IMG/VR virus record: IMGVR_UViG_3300044608_002890
Reading direction: 5' to 3' (one strand)
DNA length: 64,000 nt
Source of the DNA: a virus
Part shown: positions 1 through 7,688 of the stretch, piece after piece
How the letters are laid out: every line of letters begins with the position of its first letter
Position numbering within the stretch: the stretch's first letter is position 1
The notes under the pieces: generated by a model
Database searches by the model: none
Seen by the model: the letters and a program-made list of their open reading frames with translations, nothing else
What the model was told of the DNA's origin: nothing
Made by a program: the position numbers and the translations under genes

Positions 1-1
1 G

Positions 2-148
2 TTTGACTGTGAAAAAGGTAGAGAAAAGTTCGCCCAGTTGATTGTTCGGGAATGTGCTGGTATCTACGATAAAATTGACAATGGCAACTTACATATGGGC
101 ACAGATGACTATCTTCTAGCACTTCAGAAACATTTCGGGGTTGAATAA
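2..148 (+). CDS. Paralog-array protein copy 1 (5' truncated by window edge)
   Basis: Manual translation ...EKFAQLIVREC...QKHFGVE*; same motifs as the other copies. Confidence 0.8.
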   Translation, partial: FDCEKGREKFAQLIVRECAGIYDKIDNGNLHMGTDDYLLALQKHFGVE

Positions 149-157
149 CCCTACAGG

Positions 158-186
158 TTGACAGGTCTTTAGAACACTGCTATACT
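158..186 (+). promoter_or_regulatory. Early sigma70-type promoter
   Basis: TTGACA-17nt-TATACT, TG extended -10. Confidence 0.8.
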
Positions 187-216
187 ATGGTTACAGTAAA
201 CAACAAGGAGCAAGAG

Positions 217-420
217 ATGAATGTGATGAAAGGTCCAATGATTCAAGGTCCCTTGTTCGAAGTCACTGTCACAGAGTATGAGCGTGGTTGGGGACAGCGG
301 CTCTGCCCAGATGAGACAAGAATCTTCACCAACCGTCAAGATGCTGAGGCCTATGCTCGGACACGGAACTCAGGTACGGCAGAGATCTATTGGCGAGCAG
401 ACATCAGGCAGTTTGGTTGA
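217..420 (+). CDS. Hypothetical early protein
   Basis: ORF with AAGGAG RBS just downstream of promoter; start moved to ATG 217. Confidence 0.7.
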   Translation: MNVMKGPMIQGPLFEVTVTEYERGWGQRLCPDETRIFTNRQDAEAYARTRNSGTAEIYWRADIRQFG

Positions 421-433
421 TAAGGAGCAGGAG

Positions 434-748
434 ATGAACGAACGAATTCGAGAACTTGCTGAACAAGCGGGTATTCCTGCCATCGACGGTGTATGGGACT
501 ACAATGACAGAAATCTTTTAGTAAAAGATGGCGGTGAATGGCGGACGGCTGTGCCATCTGAAATCATCGGCACCATGATCAACTCTGAAAAAGGACTCGA
601 AAAGTTCGCAGAGTTGATTGTAAAGGAATGTGCCGAAATTTCAGAACAAAGTCAATGGAGTGAAGCCAAGGGCGAATATTATGAAGGCTTTAATGAGGCT
701 ATGATTTATGTTTCCAATAAGATTAAAGAACATTTTGAGATTAGTTAA
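434..748 (+). CDS. Paralog-array protein copy 2
   Basis: MNERIRELAEQAG...EKFAELIVKEC...EHFEIS; AAGGAG RBS; start moved from 278 to 434. Confidence 0.85.
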   Translation: MNERIRELAEQAGIPAIDGVWDYNDRNLLVKDGGEWRTAVPSEIIGTMINSEKGLEKFAELIVKECAEISEQSQWSEAKGEYYEGFNEAMIYVSNKIKEHFEIS

Positions 749-957
749 TGAATAACGACAGCGACCAAACTATGAAACTAGTGGGGATGTACGACGCCCA
801 TGTCATCACCTGCCCCAAGCATGGCGAACACCCGCACTGCATCATCAGCAACATCAAAGGCCACGAAGGTGTGTGGTGTCAGATTTGCTGGCTGGAGAGC
901 CTTGGCACGCCATTTCCCATGCAAAAGAAACGACTGCCTTTTGGAGATGGAACATGA
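748..957 (+). CDS. Small Cys/His-rich hypothetical protein (possible Zn finger)
   Basis: CPKHGEHPHC...CQIC; TAATG coupling. Confidence 0.65.
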   Translation: MNNDSDQTMKLVGMYDAHVITCPKHGEHPHCIISNIKGHEGVWCQICWLESLGTPFPMQKKRLPFGDGT

Positions 958-1043
958 ACCCTAATCCAACCTGTGAGTTGAATTGTAGATTTATATATGG
1001 GCACGTTGCCAAAAAGATTCCTAAATATTTAGAAATTGAATAA
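954..1043 (+). pseudogene. 29-aa ORF, apparent truncated paralog of 8966..9187
   Basis: MNPNPTCELNCRFIYG vs MKHPNPDCDRHCKFVYG; coupled to both neighbours. Confidence 0.4.
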
Positions 1044-1360
1044 TGAATGATGAAAAGCTATTAGAGCTGGCTGCTAAAGCTATAGGTGAGCCCTACTATG
1101 AACATGTGCCTGGTGGCGGACTATATTTGTCTAATGGGGTGTATTGGAACCCACTCACCGACGACGGGGATGCGCTGCGGCTAGCGGTGAAGTTAGAGGT
1201 GCAGGTTGTCATTCCTGGCGACAACAAAGATGTATATGCTGGAAAACTCTTGTTTGACGCTTTTGAGCCAGTAAATGGGGACCCCTACGCCGCCACCCGC
1301 CGAGCCATCGTCCGCGCTGCTGCCGATATGGCAAAAGCAGAGGGTTGGGTTCAATCGTGA
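1043..1360 (+). CDS. Phage WNPLxDDGDALRLAVKL family protein (ABA-sandwich/DUF2591-like)
   Basis: Motif WNPLTDDGDALRLAVKL and N-terminal LLELAAKA. Confidence 0.65.
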   Translation: MNDEKLLELAAKAIGEPYYEHVPGGGLYLSNGVYWNPLTDDGDALRLAVKLEVQVVIPGDNKDVYAGKLLFDAFEPVNGDPYAATRRAIVRAAADMAKAEGWVQS

Positions 1361-1599
1361 ACCCACGAATTAAACAACTTGCTGAACAGGCTTGGATTGA
1401 TACTGAGGAAACCTTTGGTAGCTTTGTTGATGAAATTGGTGAAATAAATTATACTTTTCTACATGCCTATGACCAAGAGTTCGCCCAGCTAATTATTTTG
1501 GACTGCCTAGAAATCTGCAAACAGCGAGAGCAAGCAAATCTTTATGGTGTTAAAGAGGCACTGGCCACAATTAGGGAACATTTTGAGGTTGAACTATGA
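1357..1599 (+). CDS. Paralog-array protein copy 3
   Basis: GTG start; NPRIKQLAEQA...QEFAQLIILDC...EHFEVEL. Confidence 0.8.
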   Translation: MNPRIKQLAEQAWIDTEETFGSFVDEIGEINYTFLHAYDQEFAQLIILDCLEICKQREQANLYGVKEALATIREHFEVEL

Positions 1600-1733
1600 T
1601 GGAGTTTTTTGTAATTGTTAGCAGCTTTTTAATGCTTTTGCTTAGCATTATGTTGGTGTTTGTATTTGACGACTTAGTGTTAAATAAACATTTTACCAAG
1701 AAAGTACATAAGCTACTAGGAGTCGACGAGTGA
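1596..1733 (+). CDS. Small single-TM protein
   Basis: Manual translation MMEFFVIVSSFLMLLLSIMLVFVF...; ATGA/GTGA overlaps on both sides. Confidence 0.55.
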   Translation: MMEFFVIVSSFLMLLLSIMLVFVFDDLVLNKHFTKKVHKLLGVDE

Positions 1734-1960
1734 ACCCACGAATTCGAGAACTGGCTGAACAGGCTGGGTTTATTCCGGGTATTATGGGTCTGAACCGATT
1801 CACTTACTTTGATCCAGAAAAATTCGCCGAGTTGATTGTGAGAGAATGTATGGATCTCTTGGAAGATTACACAACAGACGTCAACGTGGGTGGTATTCAA
1901 TATAACGTATTGAGTGCCGATGAGACTTTGCAGAAACATTTCGGAGTTGAACGTGATTAG
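1730..1960 (+). CDS. Paralog-array protein copy 4
   Basis: NPRIRELAEQAG...EKFAELIVREC...KHFGVERD. Confidence 0.85.
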   Translation: MNPRIRELAEQAGFIPGIMGLNRFTYFDPEKFAELIVRECMDLLEDYTTDVNVGGIQYNVLSADETLQKHFGVERD

Positions 1961-2102
1961 GTGGTACTGGCACAAGTTTATGCAGCATATTGGCTACAGA
2001 AAAGTCTGGTACTTTCCTACCCGACACATGTCAGGCCTAGGTGACTTTTGGTGCTGGGAATACAGACCTGACCTGAAGAAGGGTGTGTATTGCAGCAGAT
2101 GA
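1953..2102 (+). CDS. Small Trp-rich hypothetical protein
   Basis: GTG at 1953 served by GGAG in the 3' box of copy 4. Confidence 0.5.
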   Translation: MIRWYWHKFMQHIGYRKVWYFPTRHMSGLGDFWCWEYRPDLKKGVYCSR

Positions 2103-2124
2103 ACTTATAGTAATACCCCTTCAC

Positions 2125-2153
2125 TTGACTCGGGTATTGTTTGGTGCTATAAT
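2125..2153 (+). promoter_or_regulatory. Early sigma70-type promoter
   Basis: TTGACT-17nt-TATAAT with GGTGC before -10. Confidence 0.85.
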
Positions 2154-2183
2154 TCAAGTATGTTAGATAAAAAAGGAACTGCA

Positions 2184-2414
2184 ATGCGTATCATACGAGA
2201 CCTGGGGCTAGTTCGAGTCATCAGTCTGCAACACGATCCCCGTCGTCACGGAGCGGACATAGTGGTTCAGACCCGTGAAACTACTGATTCAGACTGGGTC
2301 GTAGCCTGCAAATTCAACAGTTTTACTTCGGACAGTGCGTATACCAATGCTGTCGAAGCAGCCTTCGATTGTGTCAGGGAGCTGGCTCATAAAAAAGCTC
2401 GAGCTTTTGCTTGA
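2184..2414 (+). CDS. Hypothetical early protein
   Basis: AAGGA RBS downstream of promoter. Confidence 0.65.
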   Translation: MRIIRDLGLVRVISLQHDPRRHGADIVVQTRETTDSDWVVACKFNSFTSDSAYTNAVEAAFDCVRELAHKKARAFA

Positions 2415-2439
2415 CAACCGGTTGTGCTGGTGCTAGAAT
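2411..2439 (+). promoter_or_regulatory. Early sigma70-type promoter
   Basis: TTGACA-17nt-TAGAAT with GGTGC. Confidence 0.8.
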
Positions 2440-2469
2440 CGTAGTTATTCAAAATCCAAGGAGTTCGTC

Positions 2470-2769
2470 ATGGCCAAGTTATTGATTGTTACCCAGGTTC
2501 TGGAAAATTATGGTTCTGAGGATAACCCCTGGTGGAAAGCCAAGGGCGGCAGCGAGTACGTCATTAAAAACTTTACAGCCTTCAACGCTGTCAACGCTAC
2601 CGTGCAGAGTCTACGTCATGAAATCGAAATCGACAATCCCCTGTACTCTGAGTACATCATCAGCTGGGAAGTGGTTGCCGACGACTACCTGACCGACTTC
2701 GAACGTAGCCAGCTGGTGTACGAGGGTCGCATAGACTTCCCGGCCCAGGAACTTAGGATCACAGCATGA
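2470..2769 (+). CDS. Conserved phage hypothetical protein
   Basis: AAGGAG RBS; TQxxENYG...WKAKGGSEY motif typical of T4-like accessory genes. Confidence 0.75.
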   Translation: MAKLLIVTQVLENYGSEDNPWWKAKGGSEYVIKNFTAFNAVNATVQSLRHEIEIDNPLYSEYIISWEVVADDYLTDFERSQLVYEGRIDFPAQELRITA

Positions 2770-2990
2770 TGAGCAACGAATCTCAGGCAAGATGGCATGC
2801 CACCAAGATAATCTGGACATACTTTAGCATCTTAGCGGCGTTATTGGTTATAGGCTATATCGATTTATTTTATATGGCTGTTGCAGTGGTTGTGATGCTT
2901 GCTTTAATCATAGCCATTGCCATATACAGGGATGCCTACCATGATAAACTATGGGAGTTGAAGAGAAGTGACCAATCAAGAACTGATTAG
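2766..2990 (+). CDS. Small membrane protein (2 TM)
   Basis: Two hydrophobic segments; coupled start. Confidence 0.6.
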   Translation: MMSNESQARWHATKIIWTYFSILAALLVIGYIDLFYMAVAVVVMLALIIAIAIYRDAYHDKLWELKRSDQSRTD

Positions 2991-3011
2991 TGCCCTCGAT
3001 GGAGACAAGCA

Positions 3012-3359
3012 ATGAGCCTGGACATTCGTCTCATGGTCATGCGACCCACTGCTATCTTTGATGAAAACATTACCCATAATCTGGGCCCTATGGCCAGTGA
3101 GGTAAAATTGGACCATGGACTGACCCTGTACAACATTCTCTGGCGTCCAGACGAATGCGAACCTCCCTTGCACAAAGCCAGCGACATCGCAGAGCTGCTG
3201 GACCAAGCCCTGAATATTCTGATTCAGGACAAGGATCGTCTTAAACAGTATAATCCGGTGAATAGTTGGGGCAATTACTATAGTCTGGCCGAACTGGTGA
3301 TTAAATACAGAAATGCTGCCAGAGCAGAACCCCAGGCTGATATCGAGGTTTGCCGATGA
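3012..3359 (+). CDS. Conserved phage hypothetical protein (NITHNL motif)
   Basis: MSLDI...NITHNL...LWRPDE...WGNY; GGAG RBS. Confidence 0.75.
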   Translation: MSLDIRLMVMRPTAIFDENITHNLGPMASEVKLDHGLTLYNILWRPDECEPPLHKASDIAELLDQALNILIQDKDRLKQYNPVNSWGNYYSLAELVIKYRNAARAEPQADIEVCR

Positions 3360-3574
3360 CATATACCATACACATCAGACGTGGTCGATTGGTCATAGAT
3401 GATCCGCAACGACGCTGTTACAATGGCTGCTATTTTGCATCACACATGGAATGGTCTGACTGGGAACCATGGTTTCAAAATGATTTTTATGCTACCCGAG
3501 AAGCAGCAGAATATACAGCTCGATTATTTGAACGGGATGACCAACAGTTTAAAGTTGTGGAGGTAGCAGCATGA
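3356..3574 (+). CDS. Hypothetical protein
   Basis: ATGA overlap with upstream gene; GGAGG serves next gene. Confidence 0.6.
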   Translation: MTYTIHIRRGRLVIDDPQRRCYNGCYFASHMEWSDWEPWFQNDFYATREAAEYTARLFERDDQQFKVVEVAA

Positions 3575-3783
3575 ACGAACGAATTCGACAACTGGCTCTT
3601 GAGGCTGGATATCAAGCAGATATGTTTGGCTTTGGCCATTGGGACCAGCCCGAATGCCAAAAGTTTGCCCTGTTGATTGTCAAGGAATGTGCTGATGTGG
3701 CTAAAGAAACAAGATGGGCTGTGCCTCCTAGCCAAGAGCAGATTGCCAGAGGAATCCAACAACATTTCGGAGTTCGAGAATGA
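3571..3783 (+). CDS. Paralog-array protein copy 5 (apparent chimera)
   Basis: N-half like copy 11, C-half identical to copy 10. Confidence 0.85.
   Translation: MNERIRQLALEAGYQADMFGFGHWDQPECQKFALLIVKECADVAKETRWAVPPSQEQIARGIQQHFGVRE
3686..3774 (+). repeat. 89-bp exact direct repeat, copy A
   Basis: AATGTGCTGATGTGG...CATTTCGGAGTT identical to 5712..5800. Confidence 0.95.
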
Positions 3784-3902
3784 CGGACGGTGACCGGGCC
3801 GGTTGGTGGGCCGTTGTATATCTACTTATGGTAGGTGCGGCCGCTTACTTTACCATGTTTATGGTCATTTTCAGTTTTATTAAACAAATGTTTTGGAGTT
3901 GA
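3780..3902 (+). CDS. Small single-TM protein
   Basis: Manual translation MTDGDRAGWWAVVYLLMVGAAAYFTMFMVIFSFIKQMFWS; ATGA overlap. Confidence 0.55.
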   Translation: MTDGDRAGWWAVVYLLMVGAAAYFTMFMVIFSFIKQMFWS

Positions 3903-4023
3903 TAATGAGCCAAGAATTTATCCGTAGTCAGGTAGAGTATTATAGAAAGCATTTGAACTGTGGTTCCAGTCGAGACTGGAATCTAATTCTGGGACTATAT
4001 CATTATTATAAAGGATTACTTAA

Positions 4024-4248
4024 ATGAACAAACGAATTCAAAAACTTTTTAACGAGGCTGGTTTTCATCAGCCGGAAATGGAACGACTTGGTATTGAAGA
4101 CAAGTTTGAAAAGTTCGCCCAGTTGATTGTTATGGAATGTGAGCGGGTAGTATGTGATAAGTTTGATGAGACTGAACCGTGGATGTATCCCGGCGATTTG
4201 ATGAAACACTTTGGTATTAATAAAGAAGTAAAAAATGACAACGATTAA
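4024..4248 (+). CDS. Paralog-array protein copy 6
   Basis: MNKRIQKL...EKFAQLIVMEC...KHFGI. Confidence 0.85.
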   Translation: MNKRIQKLFNEAGFHQPEMERLGIEDKFEKFAQLIVMECERVVCDKFDETEPWMYPGDLMKHFGINKEVKNDND

Positions 4249-4447
4249 AAATCCATTTCCCGGTGTTACTCGCTTAGAAAACGGTGATATTGTTTATGAG
4301 GATCATATCTGGTGGAGTGAAGAATATTACAACGCCGGTCGTAATCCAATTAGTGTAAACTTTGACGATCCCGTCAATTGTAGATTTACTTTTGATAAGG
4401 ATGGAAACCTTAAAAATGTGGAAATGAAGAATGAACGAACGAATTAA
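4235..4447 (+). CDS. Hypothetical protein
   Basis: Overlapping coupled ORF in operon. Confidence 0.6.
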   Translation: MTTIKNPFPGVTRLENGDIVYEDHIWWSEEYYNAGRNPISVNFDDPVNCRFTFDKDGNLKNVEMKNERTN

Positions 4448-4673
4448 AGAACTAATTGAACAAGCAACAGAATCTACAGGCTTCTTGACCGCAGGCGATA
4501 GTGTTAAACCTTTACCCGTAAGAGAATTTAATAAAGAAAAGTTCGCCGAGTTGATTGTTCGGGAATGTATTGCTATCTGTAAAGATGTAGATGGCGAAGA
4601 TAACATTGATGCTAGGTCAGGTAGACATGATTGTGCTGTAGAGATTCAAGAACATTTCGGAGTTGAAGAATGA
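4431..4673 (+). CDS. Paralog-array protein copy 7
   Basis: MNERIKEL...EKFAELIVREC...EHFGVEE. Confidence 0.85.
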   Translation: MNERIKELIEQATESTGFLTAGDSVKPLPVREFNKEKFAELIVRECIAICKDVDGEDNIDARSGRHDCAVEIQEHFGVEE

Positions 4674-4888
4674 ACGAACGAATTATTAAACTAGGATTAG
4701 AGTCTGGAATGCTTAACTATATTGATAACGAGACTCCTCGGCATTATTTTCTATGTGGAAACGCTGATGAACAATGCCTAGAAAAGTTTGCTGAGTTGAT
4801 TGTACGGGAATGTTGCCAGAAACTGGAGAATGACGGCATGGTTGAAGTTGCCATGGAAATGAAACAACATTTCGGAGTTGAAGAATGA
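4670..4888 (+). CDS. Paralog-array protein copy 8
   Basis: MNERIIKL...EKFAELIVREC...QHFGVEE. Confidence 0.85.
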   Translation: MNERIIKLGLESGMLNYIDNETPRHYFLCGNADEQCLEKFAELIVRECCQKLENDGMVEVAMEMKQHFGVEE

Positions 4889-5199
4889 AACTAAGTGAGT
4901 TGCATCGTGTAGTAAATCTTTATCACCGTGAAGGTCATTACGAAGACCCAGAGGTCATGATTATGATTAAACTGCCATATACAACTGTTGGTTCTCGTCC
5001 CATGGTCGCTGTACGAAGTACAAACATGGGATTTGATTGGGAAAAGGGTAAGTTTATTATCACACCAGACGAAGACCTAACCCCCGCTGATAGGGACTTT
5101 GCTGAGAAAATGCGTGACATGCAAGAAAAATGCTCTCATGCTTTATTAGAGAATCGTCGTCTAAAGGCTGAAATTAAAAAGTTAAAGAGCAAGCCATGA
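4885..5199 (+). CDS. Hypothetical protein with C-terminal coiled coil
   Basis: ATGA overlap; heptad-like C-terminus. Confidence 0.7.
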   Translation: MKLSELHRVVNLYHREGHYEDPEVMIMIKLPYTTVGSRPMVAVRSTNMGFDWEKGKFIITPDEDLTPADRDFAEKMRDMQEKCSHALLENRRLKAEIKKLKSKP

Positions 5200-5594
5200 A
5201 CGAAGAACTATTACAACGATTAGAGAGAGAGGCAGAAAAGATCACTCTGGACATGCCAGCAAGCCTTGATGATACTGAATTTACCAAGATATTCAATCTA
5301 GAGTTTGCTCGGTTAATTGTTGCTGAATGTATTGATACTGTATTGGATTCCAGCGTAGAATATACCACCAGACCCCGCATAGCACAGGAACTAAGTCAGC
5401 ATTTCGAATTAGTTAACGATAACAAATTACCCAATCCACCGACTAATTATGGTACATTTAATCAGGGTGTCATGTCCGAGCGTAATCGCATCGTAAATTT
5501 ATTAATGATTCAACACGAGATGGCCAAGGATCGACATAATTATTGGAAGGTTGCTGCAGAATTAATTCAGGCCGATGTAGCGAGTGACACATGA
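5196..5594 (+). CDS. Paralog-array protein copy 9 with extra C-terminal domain
   Basis: LEFARLIVAEC...QHFELV followed by about 55 additional aa. Confidence 0.75.
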   Translation: MNEELLQRLEREAEKITLDMPASLDDTEFTKIFNLEFARLIVAECIDTVLDSSVEYTTRPRIAQELSQHFELVNDNKLPNPPTNYGTFNQGVMSERNRIVNLLMIQHEMAKDRHNYWKVAAELIQADVASDT

Positions 5595-5809
5595 ATAAAA
5601 ATATTGAAAACTGCCTATATCAAGCAGGGCTAACAGCACAGGGCTGTTGGGATGAACTGGATGACTATGCTAGGGAAGGTATAGAAAAGTTCGCCGAGTT
5701 GATTGTTCGGAAATGTGCTGATGTGGCTAAAGAAACAAGATGGGCTGTGCCTCCTAGCCAAGAGCAGATTGCCAGAGGAATCCAACAACATTTCGGAGTT
5801 GAAGAATGA
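5591..5809 (+). CDS. Paralog-array protein copy 10
   Basis: MNKNI...EKFAELIVRKC...QHFGVEE. Confidence 0.85.
   Translation: MNKNIENCLYQAGLTAQGCWDELDDYAREGIEKFAELIVRKCADVAKETRWAVPPSQEQIARGIQQHFGVEE
5712..5800 (+). repeat. 89-bp exact direct repeat, copy B
   Basis: Identical to 3686..3774. Confidence 0.95.
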
Positions 5810-6018
5810 ACACCATTAGATTATGTAAGCGAGAAATAGAGAGAATTAAAGAACTGTTTGATACTATTCATACCACTGGCAATGTAGGATTTGTTACTCT
5901 GACTCAACATGATGAAGACTCTGGTATTGGCTATGAACTCAGAGCAACCTTTCAGATTACTCACAAGAATACCGATGGTGATTTTGTTGTCACCATTACT
6001 GACCACAGGGACTGGTAA
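5806..6018 (+). CDS. Hypothetical protein
   Basis: ATGA overlap using GGAG of copy 10. Confidence 0.65.
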   Translation: MNTIRLCKREIERIKELFDTIHTTGNVGFVTLTQHDEDSGIGYELRATFQITHKNTDGDFVVTITDHRDW

Positions 6019-6182
6019 TGGGAAATACCTACGAAGTTAAAGCCTGGGAATCCGCAGTGAACAGTGACCACTTCTACTGGTTAGAGATATACCGAGGCGA
6101 GAGCTTGCTAAAAGCGTTATACCGTGTTTGGTGGTGTAAGCGCAATGGTTGGAAGTGCATCAAACTGGAATATCGTCCATGA
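6018..6182 (+). CDS. Small hypothetical protein
   Basis: Manual translation MGNTYEVKAW...KLEYRP; TAATG and ATGA coupling. Confidence 0.6.
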   Translation: MGNTYEVKAWESAVNSDHFYWLEIYRGESLLKALYRVWWCKRNGWKCIKLEYRP

Positions 6183-6385
6183 ACGACCGAATTCGAGAAC
6201 TTGCTCTCCAGGCCGGATACCAGGCAGACATGTTCGGCCTGGGTCATTGGGACCAGCCCGAATGCCGAAAGTTCGCTGAATTGATCGTAGAAGAATGCTG
6301 TGCACAACTGCTGGACCGTGGTCCATACAGCAACGGTGATTGGGCCAAATATCGTATTCGAAAACACTTTGGACTCATGGAATAA
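6179..6385 (+). CDS. Paralog-array protein copy 11
   Basis: MNDRIRELALQAG...KFAELIVEEC...KHFGLME; start moved from 6149. Confidence 0.85.
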   Translation: MNDRIRELALQAGYQADMFGLGHWDQPECRKFAELIVEECCAQLLDRGPYSNGDWAKYRIRKHFGLME

Positions 6386-6390
6386 CCAAC

Positions 6391-6639
6391 ATGCATAATT
6401 TTTTTCACCATTGTCCGGACTGGGACTTCATGCAGATTGATAGGCATGATCCTGAATTTACAAGTTGCATGTGCAATCTTTCAGATATTCCTGTTGTGCT
6501 GGAAGTTCTTGATGATCTTATGGGTTACAGTGGCATAGGCTCTGACGGCAATCCATACGACACTCCCTCCTGGAACGCTGCTTTGCGTGCTGCCCGAGAC
6601 GTGATCCAACAACGCTTGGGGCTTGACAACCTAGCATAG
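6391..6639 (+). CDS. Hypothetical protein
   Basis: ORF in operon; start moved to ATG 6391. Confidence 0.5.
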   Translation: MHNFFHHCPDWDFMQIDRHDPEFTSCMCNLSDIPVVLEVLDDLMGYSGIGSDGNPYDTPSWNAALRAARDVIQQRLGLDNLA

Positions 6640-6651
6640 GTGTGCTACAAT
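6623..6651 (+). promoter_or_regulatory. Early sigma70-type promoter
   Basis: TTGACA-17nt-TACAAT with TGC. Confidence 0.75.
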
Positions 6652-6677
6652 CAGACATCGTGAACCATGGAGAATAT

Positions 6678-6884
6678 ATGATCAGCATCGAAGGTTTGAC
6701 CCCCACCCAATGCACCATCGCAGACAGACTCTGGACTGCTGAGAGTGCCGATGCCATCACAGCACTCATGCTGGTATTTGGCAAAGAACAAGTAAACATT
6801 GTCATGGAAATGATGACGCTGGCTGCTTTGGATACAATCGAACCTGACCTTGACGCAGTTGCCGACTACCTGAGGAAGTTCTAA
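6678..6884 (+). CDS. Hypothetical early protein
   Basis: GGAG RBS after promoter. Confidence 0.65.
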   Translation: MISIEGLTPTQCTIADRLWTAESADAITALMLVFGKEQVNIVMEMMTLAALDTIEPDLDAVADYLRKF

Positions 6885-7169
6885 ATGAAATTCAAATACC
6901 TTTTTAAGAAACCCGATCGAGATCAGCTATGGGGCATGTCTCCAAGTCAGTTTAAGACTTTACTCAAGCGTCGAGGGTTTGAAGTTGACAGAGACTTCTT
7001 CAAGATGGGTGCCATGGCTAAGAAAGGCAATCGGCTGTATCGCTTTCGTTACTGGGCATTCCCCGACTTCTTTGTAGACATCAGCTGCCCTCTGAATGAA
7101 TTTGATCGTTGGGCCAACAGTGTTGATCGTACCATAAACTTTTATAATTTTCTTGAGAGCTCGAAATGA
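6885..7169 (+). CDS. Hypothetical protein
   Basis: Abutting ORF in operon. Confidence 0.65.
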   Translation: MKFKYLFKKPDRDQLWGMSPSQFKTLLKRRGFEVDRDFFKMGAMAKKGNRLYRFRYWAFPDFFVDISCPLNEFDRWANSVDRTINFYNFLESSK

Positions 7170-7384
7170 ACAAAGTCTGGATTCTGGAACAGTTCGATCA
7201 CAATGCCGAAGCTAGTGCTCAGAGCACCATTCTCAACGTTTTTGCAAACCGAGCCAGTGCCGAGGCCTGGCGTGATCGTTACATACGAGAAGAGTTTGAC
7301 ATTGCTGATGATTTTGATGGTGACCTCGAGGCCGAAGTTCCTGACCTGGAGTTCAGTATCCATGCTTACTATGTTCTAGACTGA
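7166..7384 (+). CDS. Acidic hypothetical protein
   Basis: ATGA overlap. Confidence 0.65.
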   Translation: MNKVWILEQFDHNAEASAQSTILNVFANRASAEAWRDRYIREEFDIADDFDGDLEAEVPDLEFSIHAYYVLD

Positions 7385-7385
7385 C

Positions 7386-7688
7386 ATGGCCGCCAGAATA
7401 GAGCGATACTTTATTGTAGCAGGCAATCACTCTGAGTATAAAGACTGGGTCTTTAAAAACCGTTCAAGATTCCCTGACATCAATCTAAATGATTTTATCT
7501 GGGTCCATAGTTCAATCATATTCCGGGGGTATGCTAACCCCCATGGATTTTTTGTGGGCACTTTTGGATCTAGAGCCGACCTCTATGATATTGTACAGAC
7601 CATAATCATGTGTAGTCATGACATGAGCAATCAAATCAAATCCGATTTAATCAACCGTGTTTTACCACCAGCGTATCCTGCACCATGA
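7386..7688 (+). CDS. Hypothetical protein
   Basis: ORF in operon. Confidence 0.6.
   Translation: MAARIERYFIVAGNHSEYKDWVFKNRSRFPDINLNDFIWVHSSIIFRGYANPHGFFVGTFGSRADLYDIVQTIIMCSHDMSNQIKSDLINRVLPPAYPAP

Noticed and set aside
278-433. Upstream extensions given by the ORF track (278, 6149, 6340, 16933, 24529, 28407, 30693, 32770)
   Set aside because: They overlap upstream genes or RNAs; better-supported internal starts with SD or coupling were used.
1021-1032. Palindrome CTAAATATTTAG as bidirectional late promoter
   Set aside because: Lies within an early operon in AT-rich coding sequence, with no late gene context; likely chance.
3686-5800. 89-bp repeat pair as DGR template/variable repeats
   Set aside because: Copies are identical with no adenine-specific mismatches, and no reverse transcriptase is present in the window.
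2-6385. Paralog array as integron cassettes, shufflon or CRISPR array
   Set aside because: Repeats are intragenic, direct and degenerate; no attC palindromes, no site-specific recombinase, no constant repeat-spacer period, no cas operon.
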